A stretch of DNA of 64,000 nucleotides, taken from NCBI GenBank assembly GCA_963514005.1, contig OY740807.1, positions 26,412,001 to 26,476,000 of the forward strand, in the 5' to 3' direction. How positions within the stretch are numbered: the first letter of the stretch is position 1; each line of letters begins with the position of its first letter. Of this stretch, positions 1 to 11,989 are shown one piece after another. The position numbers were made by a program, and so were the translations under genes. Under the pieces are notes generated by a model. The model saw only the letters and a program-made list of their open reading frames with translations. It was not told the origin of the DNA and ran no database searches. This DNA comes from Raja brachyura. Taxonomy: Eukaryota.

Positions 1-399
1 ATGCAGATGACAAGGATGGATAAACAAGCACAGATAACTGACTTTTATGAATGATTTACGACACTGATGACATTCATATTTCCCCTTCTCTCAGAGCTTC
101 TGGACCAGCTGGGTATTTTCTGCACATTCTGCTTTTTTTTTAAATTTCAGACTTTCAGCTCTGGTTTTAATACTGAGCATTCAGGAAGGAATAAAAGACA
201 CCAGTACAGGAAGAATCAGAAGATATTGGAAATGGTGTGGCTCAAGATGAAAAATGTATGTGTTATATATTAAGACTAGTTTGGTTTGTGTCCTTGACCA
301 ATATTCAGGATAGTAAAGAGCTTTCAGTCACAGGCAGATGTAAACAATCTCAATTAGAATTGAGTACAAGGTAGAATGCAAGAATAAACAGCTCGGAGT

Positions 400-890
400 A
401 GGAAGATTTGTAAGGCACAAATACGTAGGCACAATATGGAAAATCAGGATTTGAAACATGCAAATATTAATCTATACGGATGGATTCACCAGGCAGGAAT
501 AATCAGGCACAACTCAAAACATGGGAATCACAGGACAGGAATTATAACGCATTGTTAGAAAGGATGGGATGCACTGCAGAGGAATAATCAGTCACAGGAT
601 GAAGGAGCTGGATTCACCACACAGGCACAATGGGAAAAGATGCTATTCACAATGCTGGGATAATCAGGCACAAATAGAAGGAATGCCGTTCACAAGGCAG
701 GAATAATCATGCACAGTTAGAATGGAGTGGATTTGCAGGGCACGAATAATCAAACATAATTAGCAGGGGTGAGAATCAAATTAGAAAGATCTGTTTTCAC
801 AGCGAAATAAAGTAATGACACAGAGGAATGATGCAAACTGGTGGGAATCACAATGAGTAATTAAACACAACCACAAAAGGCTCTAATGAA
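400..890. repeat. Decayed 43-bp minisatellite
   Basis: GATTCAC-like unit starts at 483, 525, 568, 611, 644, 687, 730, 773, with a recurring GGAATAATCAGGCACA core. Confidence 0.75.
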
Positions 891-1006
891 ACTGGAATTG
901 TTAGATTACTATTTGTGATGATGTGGATTGTAAAGCTAAAATAGGTTGCACCGACTATCCAAGTTTTATTTCTCCAATTGATAAATTACAAATCACAATA
1001 ATCACA

Positions 1007-1310
1007 AATATTGATTTCTCTAACTACAAGTAATCCCAGCACTCCCTCTCTCCATCCCTCCCACACCCAAATCGCACCAGGTTCCCGTTCTCACCTAGCA
1101 AACAGCTAACAATGGCCTATTGTCATCGTTACTTTTTTGCATATCTTTCATTCATTTGTTCTAGATCTCCCGGTACATCACTGTCTTTATCTCTTGTTTC
1201 TTTTTCCCCTAACTTGTCTGAAGATGGGTCTCAACCCAAAACACCACCCATTCCTTCTCCAGAGATGCTGCCTGTCCCGCTGAGTTACTCCAGCATTTTG
1301 TGTCTATCCA
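1007..1310 (+). mobile_element. Penelope-like element 3' end / pseudo-LTR
   Basis: ORF end NIDFSNYK* (1007-1033) resembles Penelope GIY-YIG C-termini. It is followed by a pyrimidine-rich UTR and the CTGAAGA..stem..AAAAC..GCTGAGTTACTCCAGCATTTTGTGT module that recurs throughout the window. Confidence 0.65.
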
Positions 1311-1864
1311 TGTTAATTTGGTAATGGATGCTTAGACTCGGATTATTAATAAATCTGATTAAATTGTGAGGTCGGAATCACAGATTAATGAAAAGTGGTC
1401 CTGTAATACAAAATCAACTATACAAATTGTTTGCAGTTCTAGGTCAGGAAGCAGAGTGCATGCCTATTGGTCAGTAAAGCTTCTATGATGAGCCACAACC
1501 CTTACCAAGCTTAATAGAAAATGGATATATCCCAAACCAGCAGATGGTCAAAGTTTACATAAGCTTCCAGTACAGCACAAACACTGATTGTATCCCTGTT
1601 TAACATATATTCTGTTGGATTTGGAACAAATTTTACTTTATCTAACCAGTAATTAAATTCTGCCAGATATCTAATCTTCTTAATGTTATGGCATATTTTA
1701 ATCGTTTGAAATATTTTTTCAAAGAACGGTTCTGCTAACACAGATGTACATCTGGAATTTCTACAGTTTTTAAAAATATTTCCTGCATAATTCTGGGGAG
1801 GTGAGAGGGGAAAAATTTAATAGGAACCCAAGGGGCAGTTTTTTTCACACCACAAGGTAGTAGG

Positions 1865-2606
1865 CCCTGAATGTCGAGAAAACAAAGGAGGTTATCGTCG
1901 ACTACAGGAAAACCCGGCACAGTCCCACACCACTTCACATCAATGACAGCGATGTGGAGGTGGTCAGTAGCACAAAGTTCCTGGGGGTGAAGATCACTAA
2001 CAGTCTGACCTGGTCGAATAACATCTCATCAACTGTTAAGAGAGCGCAGCAGCGGTTGCACTTTCTGCGCCGGATGAGAAGAGCTCATCTCCCCCATCCC
2101 ATCCTCACTACTTTCTACAGGGGCACCATAGAGAGTATTCTGACCAGCTGTATCTCTGTCTGGTTCGGGGACTGTAGAGCCTCCGACTGGAAGTCTGTGT
2201 AAAGAGTGCTGAGGACAGCGGAAAAAATCATCGGGACCTCTCTCCCCTCAATCGGGGATATTGCGACCAAACGCTGCGTGTCTAAGGCCAGCAGTATTAT
2301 AAAAGACCCCACACATCTCCATCACGGACTGTTCACTCTGCTGCCCTCGGGAAAAAGATATCGCAGCATAAGGAGCAGAACATCAAGGTTCTGCAACAGC
2401 TTCTTCCCATGAGCCATCAGACTCCTGAATGCCATGTAATGGGCTGCCACCATTGTCTATTTATCCTTTTCATCCATGCCATTCCTTCAGTTAATTTATT
2501 GTGTTGCACAGGGAGCCAAATGCAACGTAATTTCGTTTGGAACTGCATATATCAATGTATTTCTAAATGACAATAAAGTTTGTTTGACTTTTGACGACTT
2601 TTTGAC
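1865..2606 (+). mobile_element. Rex1/Babar-type LINE, 5'-truncated, nested in an older CR1 3' end (~1790-2810)
   Basis: KFLGVKITNSLTWSNN...KRAQQRLHFLRR...ILTTFYRGTIESILTSCISVWFG, one premature stop, (TTGAC)-type tail. The CR1 sequence resumes after the tail. Confidence 0.85.
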
Positions 2607-3389
2607 TATATGGAATGAGCTGCCAGAGGAGGTAGTTGAGGCACATACAATAATAACTTTAAAAAGTCAGGTACATGAATAGGAACGTTTGAGAGGGATA
2701 TGGGCCAAACACTGGCAAACTAGACTACTTTAGATGGGGCATCATGATTAGCACGTGGGTCAAAGGGCCTGTTTCCATGCTGTATGACCCTATGATTCGA
2801 TAACTCTACAACTCCAGTGGAATTCCAGGCGAAAGACAGTTGCAATGGGGAAAAATAATAATTTTTCAACATCTTATAAAAACTTTTTTTTTCTAAGTTT
2901 GTTGTCATTTGCTATCACACCAAATCTGTTACATCATAAAAAACGACGAGAGGGTAGATTTCCCACATCAGTATATTGGCTCACCAAAGCGCAGCCCTTC
3001 AACAACACAAAGGTGAAAAGCAGAGACAATCACAAGAAACGCATCCCTTTTAAAATAAATAACTTGCTTGAGCACTTGAAGTTAAAAACGAGGACTGTGG
3101 AAGTAGGATAGGAAAATAGACCAGAAAATGGAAAAAAAGCTTCAGGTCTATAACCTGTCATCAGGCCATGAAGGTAATTCCAGTGTTTGCCATTTTGTTC
3201 CCAGATGCCTCGGCAGTCATTGGATTTCGTAATTGCTCAAGTATTTTCCTCAAATTATTTTTTCTCATCATTTTGCTTTCTGCATTGGATATTAAGACAT
3301 AAATATGGTTTATCATGTATATATTTTAAAAAAAAAACTAAGTCAGGGTCCCTGAACACGGCAACTCTCCCTGGGGTACAGTTGGATTC

Positions 3390-3850
3390 ATAGAACCTTA
3401 CAGCACAAAAACAGGCCCTTCAAACTATCATCTCCATGCTGACTTTCAAGCGCCTATCTATACTATTCCCAAGAGGCCAAGAGATTTGGCTGTTCATCTA
3501 AATACTTCTCTGTGTGAGAGGTGCTCCATCATCCTCTCAGGCTGTACGGTCCTGATTCCAATGATCCTCTGGGTGGAAAAAGATCTTGCTTAGATCTTCC
3601 CCATTACCTTAAACAGCTCCCTAATTTAATCCTACTATTGTAAAAGTAGCACCTACCACCTATCCTGTCTATGCCCATTATAACTTTGTATATCTCAATC
3701 AGGTCCTTCCCTTCCAAAGGGGACAAACCCAACCTTACCCAATCTCATTCATAACTGAGACACTCCATCCTATGCAACATCCTAGTGAATCTCCTCTGCA
3801 CTCATTCCGGTGCAATCAACCCTTCCTCCAGTTTGGCCACAGAACTGTAT
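3390..3850 (-). mobile_element. Degenerate CR1 3' fragment
   Basis: Reverse complement of the CR1 tail (catagaac...caggcccttc) and RT C-terminal region. Confidence 0.65.
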
Positions 3851-4644
3851 TCAGGAATCGTAAGAAACTGCAGGCATCAGAATCCCGAACAAAAAATAAA
3901 ATGCTGGACCCTTCTTCAGACCAATGGAATAGTGGGGGAGAAAGCTGGTGGGAGTATGGAAAAACCTGGCAAGTGATGTGTAGAACCTGGCAGGTGAAGG
4001 GTGGAGGTGTGATTTGCAGAGTGTCAGGTCCTTCCCACGTAACAAACACCTGACATACGTACAACCCATACATGTGAACGGGCATTTGGTAGACCATTGG
4101 TATGGATTCGCTGGCTGCTGTGGCGATGTCGTGTGGGAGCGTTCACCTACATACTGCCGACTTGCAAACTGCTCTTGTTATGAACAGTTCCCAGGAACGG
4201 AACACTGCCATAACCTGGGTACATCAATATCTAGATTATAACACTTCCCACTATCTCCAACGCCACCAAGTTTCAAGTCATCTGCAAATTTACTAATCAT
4301 CCTTCCAAATACACAGCAATAATATGTAACGATCAAATTAATAGTAGGAGAGCAAGTGAGAGACATGAGCTAAATGGTTTCTTCCCAGGAAAGTTTCTTT
4401 GCAGGAAATCAAAACAATTAAACCTATTGAGAGGATAGATGCTGTACATTAGATTTAACTATCTGTGAGTGATTAATGCGCAATTCGGACACATTTTGAA
4501 AGCATTACCGCCAGTTTGGGAAATCACAGGGGAGCTTAAACATGAAATGTTGTTTCTGCACAGCTAAATGTCCATTAGCACTGATCTGATATGATTTGCG
4601 AGAGATTCACATTCTCCCTACAAGTTTTTCCGAGTATTTTGCCA

Positions 4645-5090
4645 GGACTAGAAGGTCTGAGCTATTGAGAGAGGTTGAATCGTCTGGGTCTCTATTCCTT
4701 TGAGCACAGGAGGATGGGAGATCTTATGGAATATAAAATCACGAGAGGAATAGATTGGGTAGACATGCAGAGTCTCTTGCCCAGAGTAGGGGAATTGAGG
4801 ACCAAAGGATATAGGTTCAAGGTGAAGGGGAAAAGATTTAATAGGAATATGAGGGGTAACTTTTTCACACAAAGGGTGGTGGGCGTATGGAACAAGCTGC
4901 CAGAGGAGGTAGTTGAGGCTGGGACTATCCCAACGTTTAAGAAACAGTTAGACAGGTACATGGATAGGACAAGTTTGGAGGGATATGGACCAAACGCAGG
5001 CAGGTGGGACGGGTGTAACTGGGACATTTTGGCCACTGTGGGCAAGTTGGGCCAAAGGACCTGTTTCCACACTGTATCACTCTGTGACTA
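4645..5090 (+). mobile_element. CR1 LINE 3' fragment
   Basis: LNRLGLYSFEHRRM..FFTQRVVGVWNKLPEEVVEAGT..FKKQLDRYM, followed by a CR1 3' UTR. Confidence 0.9.
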
Positions 5091-5545
5091 AGTTACTGCA
5101 TGCATTGGTCACAAGCTATTATTGTTTAAAAAATCTAGCACAATTCAAGCGTACTCATTTATATTATGGCCGCATAGGTCTGATGAAAGTCCAACAACCT
5201 CACATAATGACATAACTGAGCTCCTGACTAATTGCAGTGTTTTTGTTTTGATATGAAATGAAGTTTCATTTCAAGAAATCTACTCAATATTTTAAGCGTT
5301 CAGTTGTAAGTGATTCTTCATAATCGTTTCAAATGTTATTACAGCGACACTGCAAGGGGATAAATAAGTGGCACATGGGAGCTGCGACAAGCTCTTGAGC
5401 TCTGATTTCCAGCCTCAGTCTGTGCCTGGTTCCCTGCTTGCTCTGCACATCAGCAGCCGATCTGATGGCAGCAGTCACGGACACACAAGGCAACACAAGC
5501 AATGCTTCCCGCAGGAGTGAGTATCCACATTCAGCAAATACATCA

Positions 5546-5600
5546 CAGAGCGAGAGAGAGAGAGAGAGAGAGACAGAGAGAGAACGAGATAAGAGGAAAG
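5546..5600. repeat. (GA)n microsatellite
   Basis: gagagagaga run seen directly. Confidence 0.9.
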
Positions 5601-5798
5601 AGAAACAACAGTTCATTCCTCAGTCATTTTCTTTTAATATGTTCATCCATTACTGACCAGTGGTACATTCCTGAAAGATGCCCCATGGAAAAGGGTCTCA
5701 GGGAACACCTGTATATTGCTGAATCCTATTAACACTGGACAAAGTGCAGCTATTGTTCAGCTTTCTCTCTGCTGCATAATGCAAAATGCCTCACTTAC

Positions 5799-5990
5799 CA
5801 TGCCTGGGCTCCTCTGCGCTGCTGCAGCAACTGTTGTCTCTGGTGGATTTGTAGGATGCAGGGATTGTGGAAACTCTCCTTGGCTGAGGTGCTGAATATA
5901 AACTGTACTTCCCACTCTCACTACTACACACACACACACAGGAAATAAAGCAGAAGGCCAGCTGACATGGCTCTGATTGGAGAGCTCCGG
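5799..5990 (-). promoter_or_regulatory. Candidate alternative promoter and first exon ending in ATG|GTAAGT
   Basis: Minus strand reads CCAGGCATG|GTAAGTGAG at 5801-5792. CCAAT box at ~5976-5980, E-box CAGCTG and a (CA)n tract lie upstream in unique sequence. Confidence 0.45.
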
Positions 5991-6359
5991 GATCAGATGA
6001 CAGTGCCCTTGCTCGCCAAAGGGGAGTGATATATATAGTCATTAATATGTTGAAGGATAGTTAGGGAAGGCATGCACACTGAGCTGCTCGGATATCACAT
6101 CTTGACAGCACTGCTGAGGTGGGGTATGGAATGGCAGATGCAATGCGCTGGGGGAGGCTCCACTCCCTCTTCCAAAGGCACAGCCACTGGCAGGAGGCAC
6201 AAGCAGGTGGCTGCTCACTTCCCTGTCCAGCCTGGTGGTTCCTGTTCTGCATCAAATGTGCTTGGCTTCCCTTTGTGACAGACCACAAACTTCCATGCTG
6301 CTTCCCACCACTAAACAGATTGCACCACAATCATTGTGCTGGGTCTCCATTCTTCCGCC

Positions 6360-6845
6360 CCCTTCTCGGGGAACCGGCTCCCCACTCTCCCTACCCCCTC
6401 CCATGCTGAGGAACAATCTCCCCCTCTCCCCACCCTCCGGGGAACAGTTCTCCTCTTCCCCACCCTCGGGCAGAACAGCTCACTCTCTCCCCAACCTCCC
6501 GGGTAACAGCTCCCCCTCTCCCCCATGTAAGAATCCTCCTCTCCCCCACTCTCCCAGGAATAAATCCCCCCCTCCCCCCCGCCGCACCGGGGTACAGATC
6601 CTCCTTTCCCCCACTCCCCCAGGGAATAGCTCTTCCCTCTACCCCACTCTCCCAGGAATAGATCCCATCTCCCCCCCCCCCCGGGTTACAGATCCTCCTC
6701 TCCCCCAGGGAATAGCTCTCCCCTCTCCCCCACCCTCTCAGGATTCAACTCTCCCCTCACTCACACCCTCTTGTGGTACAGATCTATCTCCCTCCTCTTC
6801 CCTCTTTGGGTACATTCCGCTCCCTCACTCCCCCAAGAAACTGCC
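6360..6845. repeat. C-rich ~30-bp degenerate minisatellite
   Basis: Repeats of ctctcccccactctcccaggaatagatc-like units; these explain the Pro/Ser-rich 214-aa ORF. Confidence 0.8.
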
Positions 6846-6929
6846 CTCCTCTTGTTTTCCCTCCTTGGCAGAGAGCTGAAAATAGGAGATTAGAGGCACA
6901 AGTAACAAAATAGTGGTAGCAGACTTCAA

Positions 6930-7065
6930 GTGCGTAGGAAAGAACTGCAGATGCTGGTTTAAATCGAAGGTAGACACAAAATGCTGGCGTAACTCAGCGG
7001 GACAGGCAGTGTCTCTGGAGAGAAGGAATGAGTGACGTTTTGGGTTGAGACCCTTCTTCAGACTT
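6930..7065 (-). mobile_element. Penelope-derived short repeat (hammerhead-like core mutated)
   Basis: agaactgcagatgctgg...acacaaaatgctgg..aactcagcggg...gacgttttgggttgagacccttcttcagac. Confidence 0.7.
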
Positions 7066-7608
7066 CAATCTTCATATAAACTGGACAAATCAAATTTGAA
7101 GTTTACCATCATAGGGAGGAAATTGTTAGCGTTTAAAGAAATAATGCACAAGTTGCAAAAATAAAATCCTTTAAGACAAAAAAAAATCGCAAAAGAAAAG
7201 TACTTATCTGTGACTGACCAGAGAAGTTAAAGATTATATTAAAAGAAAATTAAAAGAAAAATGTCAAAAGAAAATTACTCTAAAGTTCCTGGAGTTAGAG
7301 CTGATGACTGGGAGCAACAGAGAAATTGCTAAAGGCAAGAAAGAATATAATTGTAACCTGGCAAGAAACACAAAAACAGAATGCAAGAGCTTGTATTGAA
7401 ACGCATAAAATAAATAGATTCACAAGGACAAATGTCATCCCCTTTCAGTCAAAGGCAGGGGAATTTATAATAAGCATAAGGACCAGCAGAGGAATTAAAC
7501 AATGCCATCTTCAAAACACACAAAACGTGCTTGATATATTGTGGAATCAAGGGTGCAGAGAGCACAAAGAACTAACGAATCAAGATATTAGTCAAAACCT
7601 GGTACTAG

Positions 7609-9345
7609 TGGTTCTGTGGTTAGTGGTTCTGTCTTCACTAAGGAAGACATAAATAATCTGCCGGAAATAGCAGTGGAACGGGGGTCAAATAAGATGGAGG
7701 AACTGAGTGAAATCCAGGTTAGCCGGGAGGTGGTGTTGGGTAAATTGAACGGATTGAAGGCCGATAAATCCCCAGGGCCAGATAGTCTGCATCCCAGAGT
7801 ACTCAAGGAGGTAGCCACAGAAATAGTGGATGCATTAGTGATAATTTTTCAAAATTCCTTAGATTCTGGAGTAGTTCCTGAGGATTGGAGGGTAGCTAAT
7901 GTAACCCCACTTTTTAAAAAAGGAGGGAGAGAGAAAGCGGGGAATTACAGACCAGTTAGTCTAACATCGGTAGTGGGGAAACTGCTAGAGTCAGTTATTA
8001 AAGATGGGATAGCAGCGCATTTGGAAAGTGGTGAAATCATTGGACAAAGTCAGCATGGATTTACGAAAGGTAAATCATGTCTGACAAATCTGATAGAATT
8101 TTTCGAGGATGTAACTAGTAGAGTGGATAAGGGAGAACCAGTGGATGTGTTATATCTAGACTTTCAGAAGGCTTTCGACAAGGTCCCGCATAAGAGATTA
8201 GCATACAAACTTAAAGCACACGGTATTGGGGGTTCAGTATTGATGTGGATAGAGAACTGGCTAGCAGACAGGAGGCAAAGGGTAGGAGTAAACGGGTCCT
8301 TTTCAGAATGGCAGGCAGTGACTAGTGGGGTGCCGCAAGGCTCAGTGCTGGGACCCCAGCTATTTACAATATATATTAATGATTTGGACGAGGGAATTCA
8401 ATGCAACATCTCCAAATTTGCAGATGATACCAAGCTGGGGGGTATAGTTAGGTGTGAGGAGGATGCTTGGAGGCTGCAGGGTGATTTGGATAGGCTGAGT
8501 GAATGGGCAGATGCATGGCAGATGCAGTACAATGTGGATAAATGTGAGGTTATCCACTTTGGTGGCAAAAACATGAGGGTAGACTATTATCTGAATGGTG
8601 GCAGATTAGGTAAGGGGGAGATGCAACGAGACCTGGGTGTCATGGTACACCAGTCATTGAAAGTAGGCATGCAGGTGCAGCAGGCAGTGAAGAAAGCAAA
8701 TGGTATGTTAGCATTCATAGCGAAAGGATTTGAGTATAGGAGCAGGGAGGTTCTACTGCAGTTGTACAGGGTTTTGGTGAGGCCACACCTGGAGTACTGT
8801 GTACAGTTTTGGTCTCCAAATCTGAGGAAAGACATCCTTGCCATAGAGGGGGTACAGAGAAGATTCACCAGACTGATTCCTGGGATGTCAGGACTTTCAT
8901 ATGAGGAAAGATTGGATAGACTCGGTTTGTACTCGATGGAATTTAGAAGATTGAGGGGGGATCTTATAGAAACCTACAAAATTCTTAAGGGGTTGGACAA
9001 GCTAGATGCTGGAAGATTGTTCCCGATGTTGGGGGAGTCCAGAACAAGGGGTCACAGTCTAAGGATAAGGGGGAATTCCTTTAGGACCGAAATGAGGAAA
9101 ACATTCTTTACACAGAGAGTGGTGAGTCTCTGGAATTCTCTGCCACAGAAGGTAGTTGAGGCCAGTTCATTGGCTATATTTAAGAGGGCGTTAGATGTGG
9201 CACTTGTGGCTAAAGGGATCAGGGGGTATGGAGAGAAGGCAGGTACGGGATACTGAGTTGGATGATCAGCCATGATCACATTGAATGGCGGTGCAGGCTC
9301 GAAGGGCCGAATGGCCTACTCCTGCACCTATTTTCTATGTTTCTA
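7609..9345 (+). mobile_element. Young 5'-truncated CR1 LINE with an uninterrupted 546-codon ORF2/RT segment (7616-9256)
   Basis: [49 protein letters not shown]; tail ttctatgtttcta; TACTAG at both junctions. Confidence 0.97.
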
Positions 9346-9617
9346 CTAGCAAAGTGGGTGAGTTTGAAAGTTGATAAATCCCAAAGACCTAATGATCTCA
9401 TAATTTTAAAAGAGGAAACTTTAACAATAGGGGATCTTCTGGTTATCAAAATTCCAGGGTTGATTAGATTTTGGAATTGTTCTGTACATTTGAGGGTAGA
9501 GGACACCACTATTTAAAGACAGAGAGAGAAATTAAAAACAGGAACTAAATTATCTGACATCTGTAATAAGCAAAAGTGTTGGAATAAGGATGCAAAACCG
9601 AACACCTTGAAAAGGAT

Positions 9618-10252
9618 ATTTATAACAAGAGGAATCAAATATAGGAGCAAAGAGGTCCTTCTGCAGTTGTACAGAACCCTAGTGAGACCACACCTGGAGT
9701 ATTGTGTGCAGTTTTGGTCCCCTAATTTGAGGAAGGACACTCTTGCTATTGAGGGAGTGCAGCATAGGTTTACAAGGTTAATTCTCGGGATGGCAGGACT
9801 GTCATATGCTGAGGGAATGGAGCAGCTGGGCTTGTACACTCTGGAGTTTAGAAGGATTAGAGGGGATCTCATTGAAACATATAAGATTGTTAAGGGCTTG
9901 GGCACACTAGAGTCAGGAAACATGTTCCCGATGTTGGGGGAGTCCAGAACCAGGGGCCACAGTTTAAGAATAAGGAGTAAGCCATTTAGAACGGAGACGA
10001 GGAAACACATTTTCTCACAGAGAGTGGTGAGTCTGTGGAATTCTCTGCCTCTCTCTTGAAAGCATCCAGAGGTGGGTTCTCTGGATGCTTTCAAGAGAGA
10101 GCTAGATAGGGCTCTTAAAAATAGCGGAGTCAGGGGATATGGGGAGAAGGCAGGAACGGGATACTGATTGGGGATGATCAGCCATGATCACATTGAATGG
10201 CGGTGCTGGCACGAAGGGCCAAATGGCCTACTCCTGCACATATTGTCTATTG
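9618..10252 (+). mobile_element. CR1 3' fragment (different subfamily, TATTGTC tail)
   Basis: YRSKEVLLQLYRTLVRPHLEYCVQFWSP...FSQRVVSLWNSLP; ends tattgtctattg. Confidence 0.92.
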
Positions 10253-10784
10253 ATAATAGGGTTTTGCAGAATCAATGCGCATTTATGAAGGGAAAATCAT
10301 GTTTGGCTAATCAGAGTTCTTTGAATTTATGATTCATAGAATAGATCGGGGAAACCAGTGCATGGTGCATTCAGATTTCTAGAGGCCTTTTGAGTCCCAT
10401 TTGTGTGCTGGTTACCAGTGTTAAAGCACATGGGATTGGGGACGATATACTCTCATGGCTTGAGAATTGAGCATTGGGTAAGGAGAAAAGTGTGGGAATA
10501 AAATGGGCCCTTCTCAGACGTGACTGATGGGGTACTTGGGCAATATTTTGCAACGATAATTGTACCAGAGGGATGAAACGTATTTTTTCAATGCTTGCCG
10601 ATACTAAACTAGGTGGGATTGTGACTACAGAGGGAAATATAATGATGCTTCGAGGGGACATGGACAAGCTGGGGAAGTGGTTGAGAACATGGCAAGTTTA
10701 ATAAAATGTGAAAAAATGGGAGGCCGTACACTTTGGTATACAAAACAGAAAAGTGGAGTATTTGTTACATGGTGAGGGATTGGG

Positions 10785-11060
10785 TTTAGTTTAGATACAG
10801 CGTGGAAACAGTCTCCTCAACCCACCGAGTTTGCACTGACGAGCGATCCCTGTGCATTAACACTATACTACACACACCAAGGACAATTTACATTTATACC
10901 AAGCCAATTAACCTACAAACCTGTATGTCTTTGAAGTGTGGAGATCTTGGAGAAAACCCACGCAGTCACAGGGAGAACATACAAACTCCATACAGACAGC
11001 GCCCGTAGTCGGGATCGGCGCTGTAAAGCAGCAACGCTACTGCTGTATCACCGTGCCAAC
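10785..11060 (-). mobile_element. tRNA-derived V-SINE (HE1-like)
   Basis: Reverse complement shows a tRNA-like head, V-domain and CR1-like 3' tail ending in (ctaaa)n. Confidence 0.8.
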
Positions 11061-11989
11061 CTGGTTTGTGTTGATCCTCGAAGGGACTGTGTACCAGCTA
11101 CTGAAAGCTAACTTGCGGCACTTGCTTAGGAGAACAAAATAGTGCTTTAGTTTTCAGTACAAGAAAGTTTGACTGCAGGAGAAAGGAAGCCTTATTGCAT
11201 GAGACAGCACTTTGGAGTGTTGTATAGTTTTGATTTATTTACCTCAGAGAGGAGATTCTTAAGATAGAGCAGAAATTCATTAGACTGGTTGTAGGGATGA
11301 TGGTTTTGAAGAATGGAACCTCAAAATTCTTAAAGGACTTAACAGACTAACTGAAGGAAGGATGTTCCCATGATTGTCTAAGACTAGGAGGCTAAGGTTG
11401 AGACAGGGGTGGGTCACATAGGACTGAGACAAGGAGACACTTCTTCACTCAAAAGGTGACTTCTCTAGCTCAATCATTGTGTTCATCCAAAAGAGGGATC
11501 TAACATTTCTCAGTATCAAGATAATCAAAGGATAGAAGGACAGCACTTTGAAATAGTGCTGAAGTAGAAAATTAGTTGTGATCTTGACAAATGAAGGAAC
11601 AGACTGGAGGAGCCAGACAGCCAACTCCTACTTACATTCTCATGTCTTGCTGTTGAAAGGGAAAAGTTTACAGAACAATGAGGGCACGGTGGCACAGTTA
11701 GTAGAGCTACTGCCTCAAGATTTATTGAATTGCTGAACTGATGTATTTTGTAATTCATTCCAGCAGATTATTATTTATTAGAATTCACAAGAATGGAAGT
11801 AGTGATGTCTAGGCACAACTTTAAAGAGAGCAGCATAGATGGCAGCATGATGATGTTAAATTCAGGGTAAAGTTACATCAAAGTTACAGACAGGATTACC
11901 AGATGTTTAATGAAGTCATCTGCCACTGAAAGCTTCACAATCTTTCACCACAGATAATGTGATTTTTTTTCCTGCTGAAATGGATAATC

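Larger units (their letters stand above)
7080..11650 (+). mobile_element. Old, degraded CR1 interrupted by younger insertions
   Basis: CR1 ORF2-like sequence at ~7100-7608, 9344-9617, 10253-10785 and 11060-11650 (LKVDKS, MKGKSCL, ADTKLGG-like remnants) is colinear once the inserts are removed. Confidence 0.7.

Noticed and set aside
400-890. CRISPR-like repeat/spacer look of the 43-bp array
   Set aside because: The 'spacers' are related to one another, the repeats are degenerate, the context is a vertebrate genome and there are no cas genes; it is a minisatellite
6235-6879. 214-aa Pro/Ser-rich ORF
   Set aside because: Translation of a C-rich minisatellite; low complexity, no domain
7616-9256. 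546-aa ORF as a host gene
   Set aside because: 5'-truncated CR1 ORF2 with a non-ATG start and a LINE 3' tail
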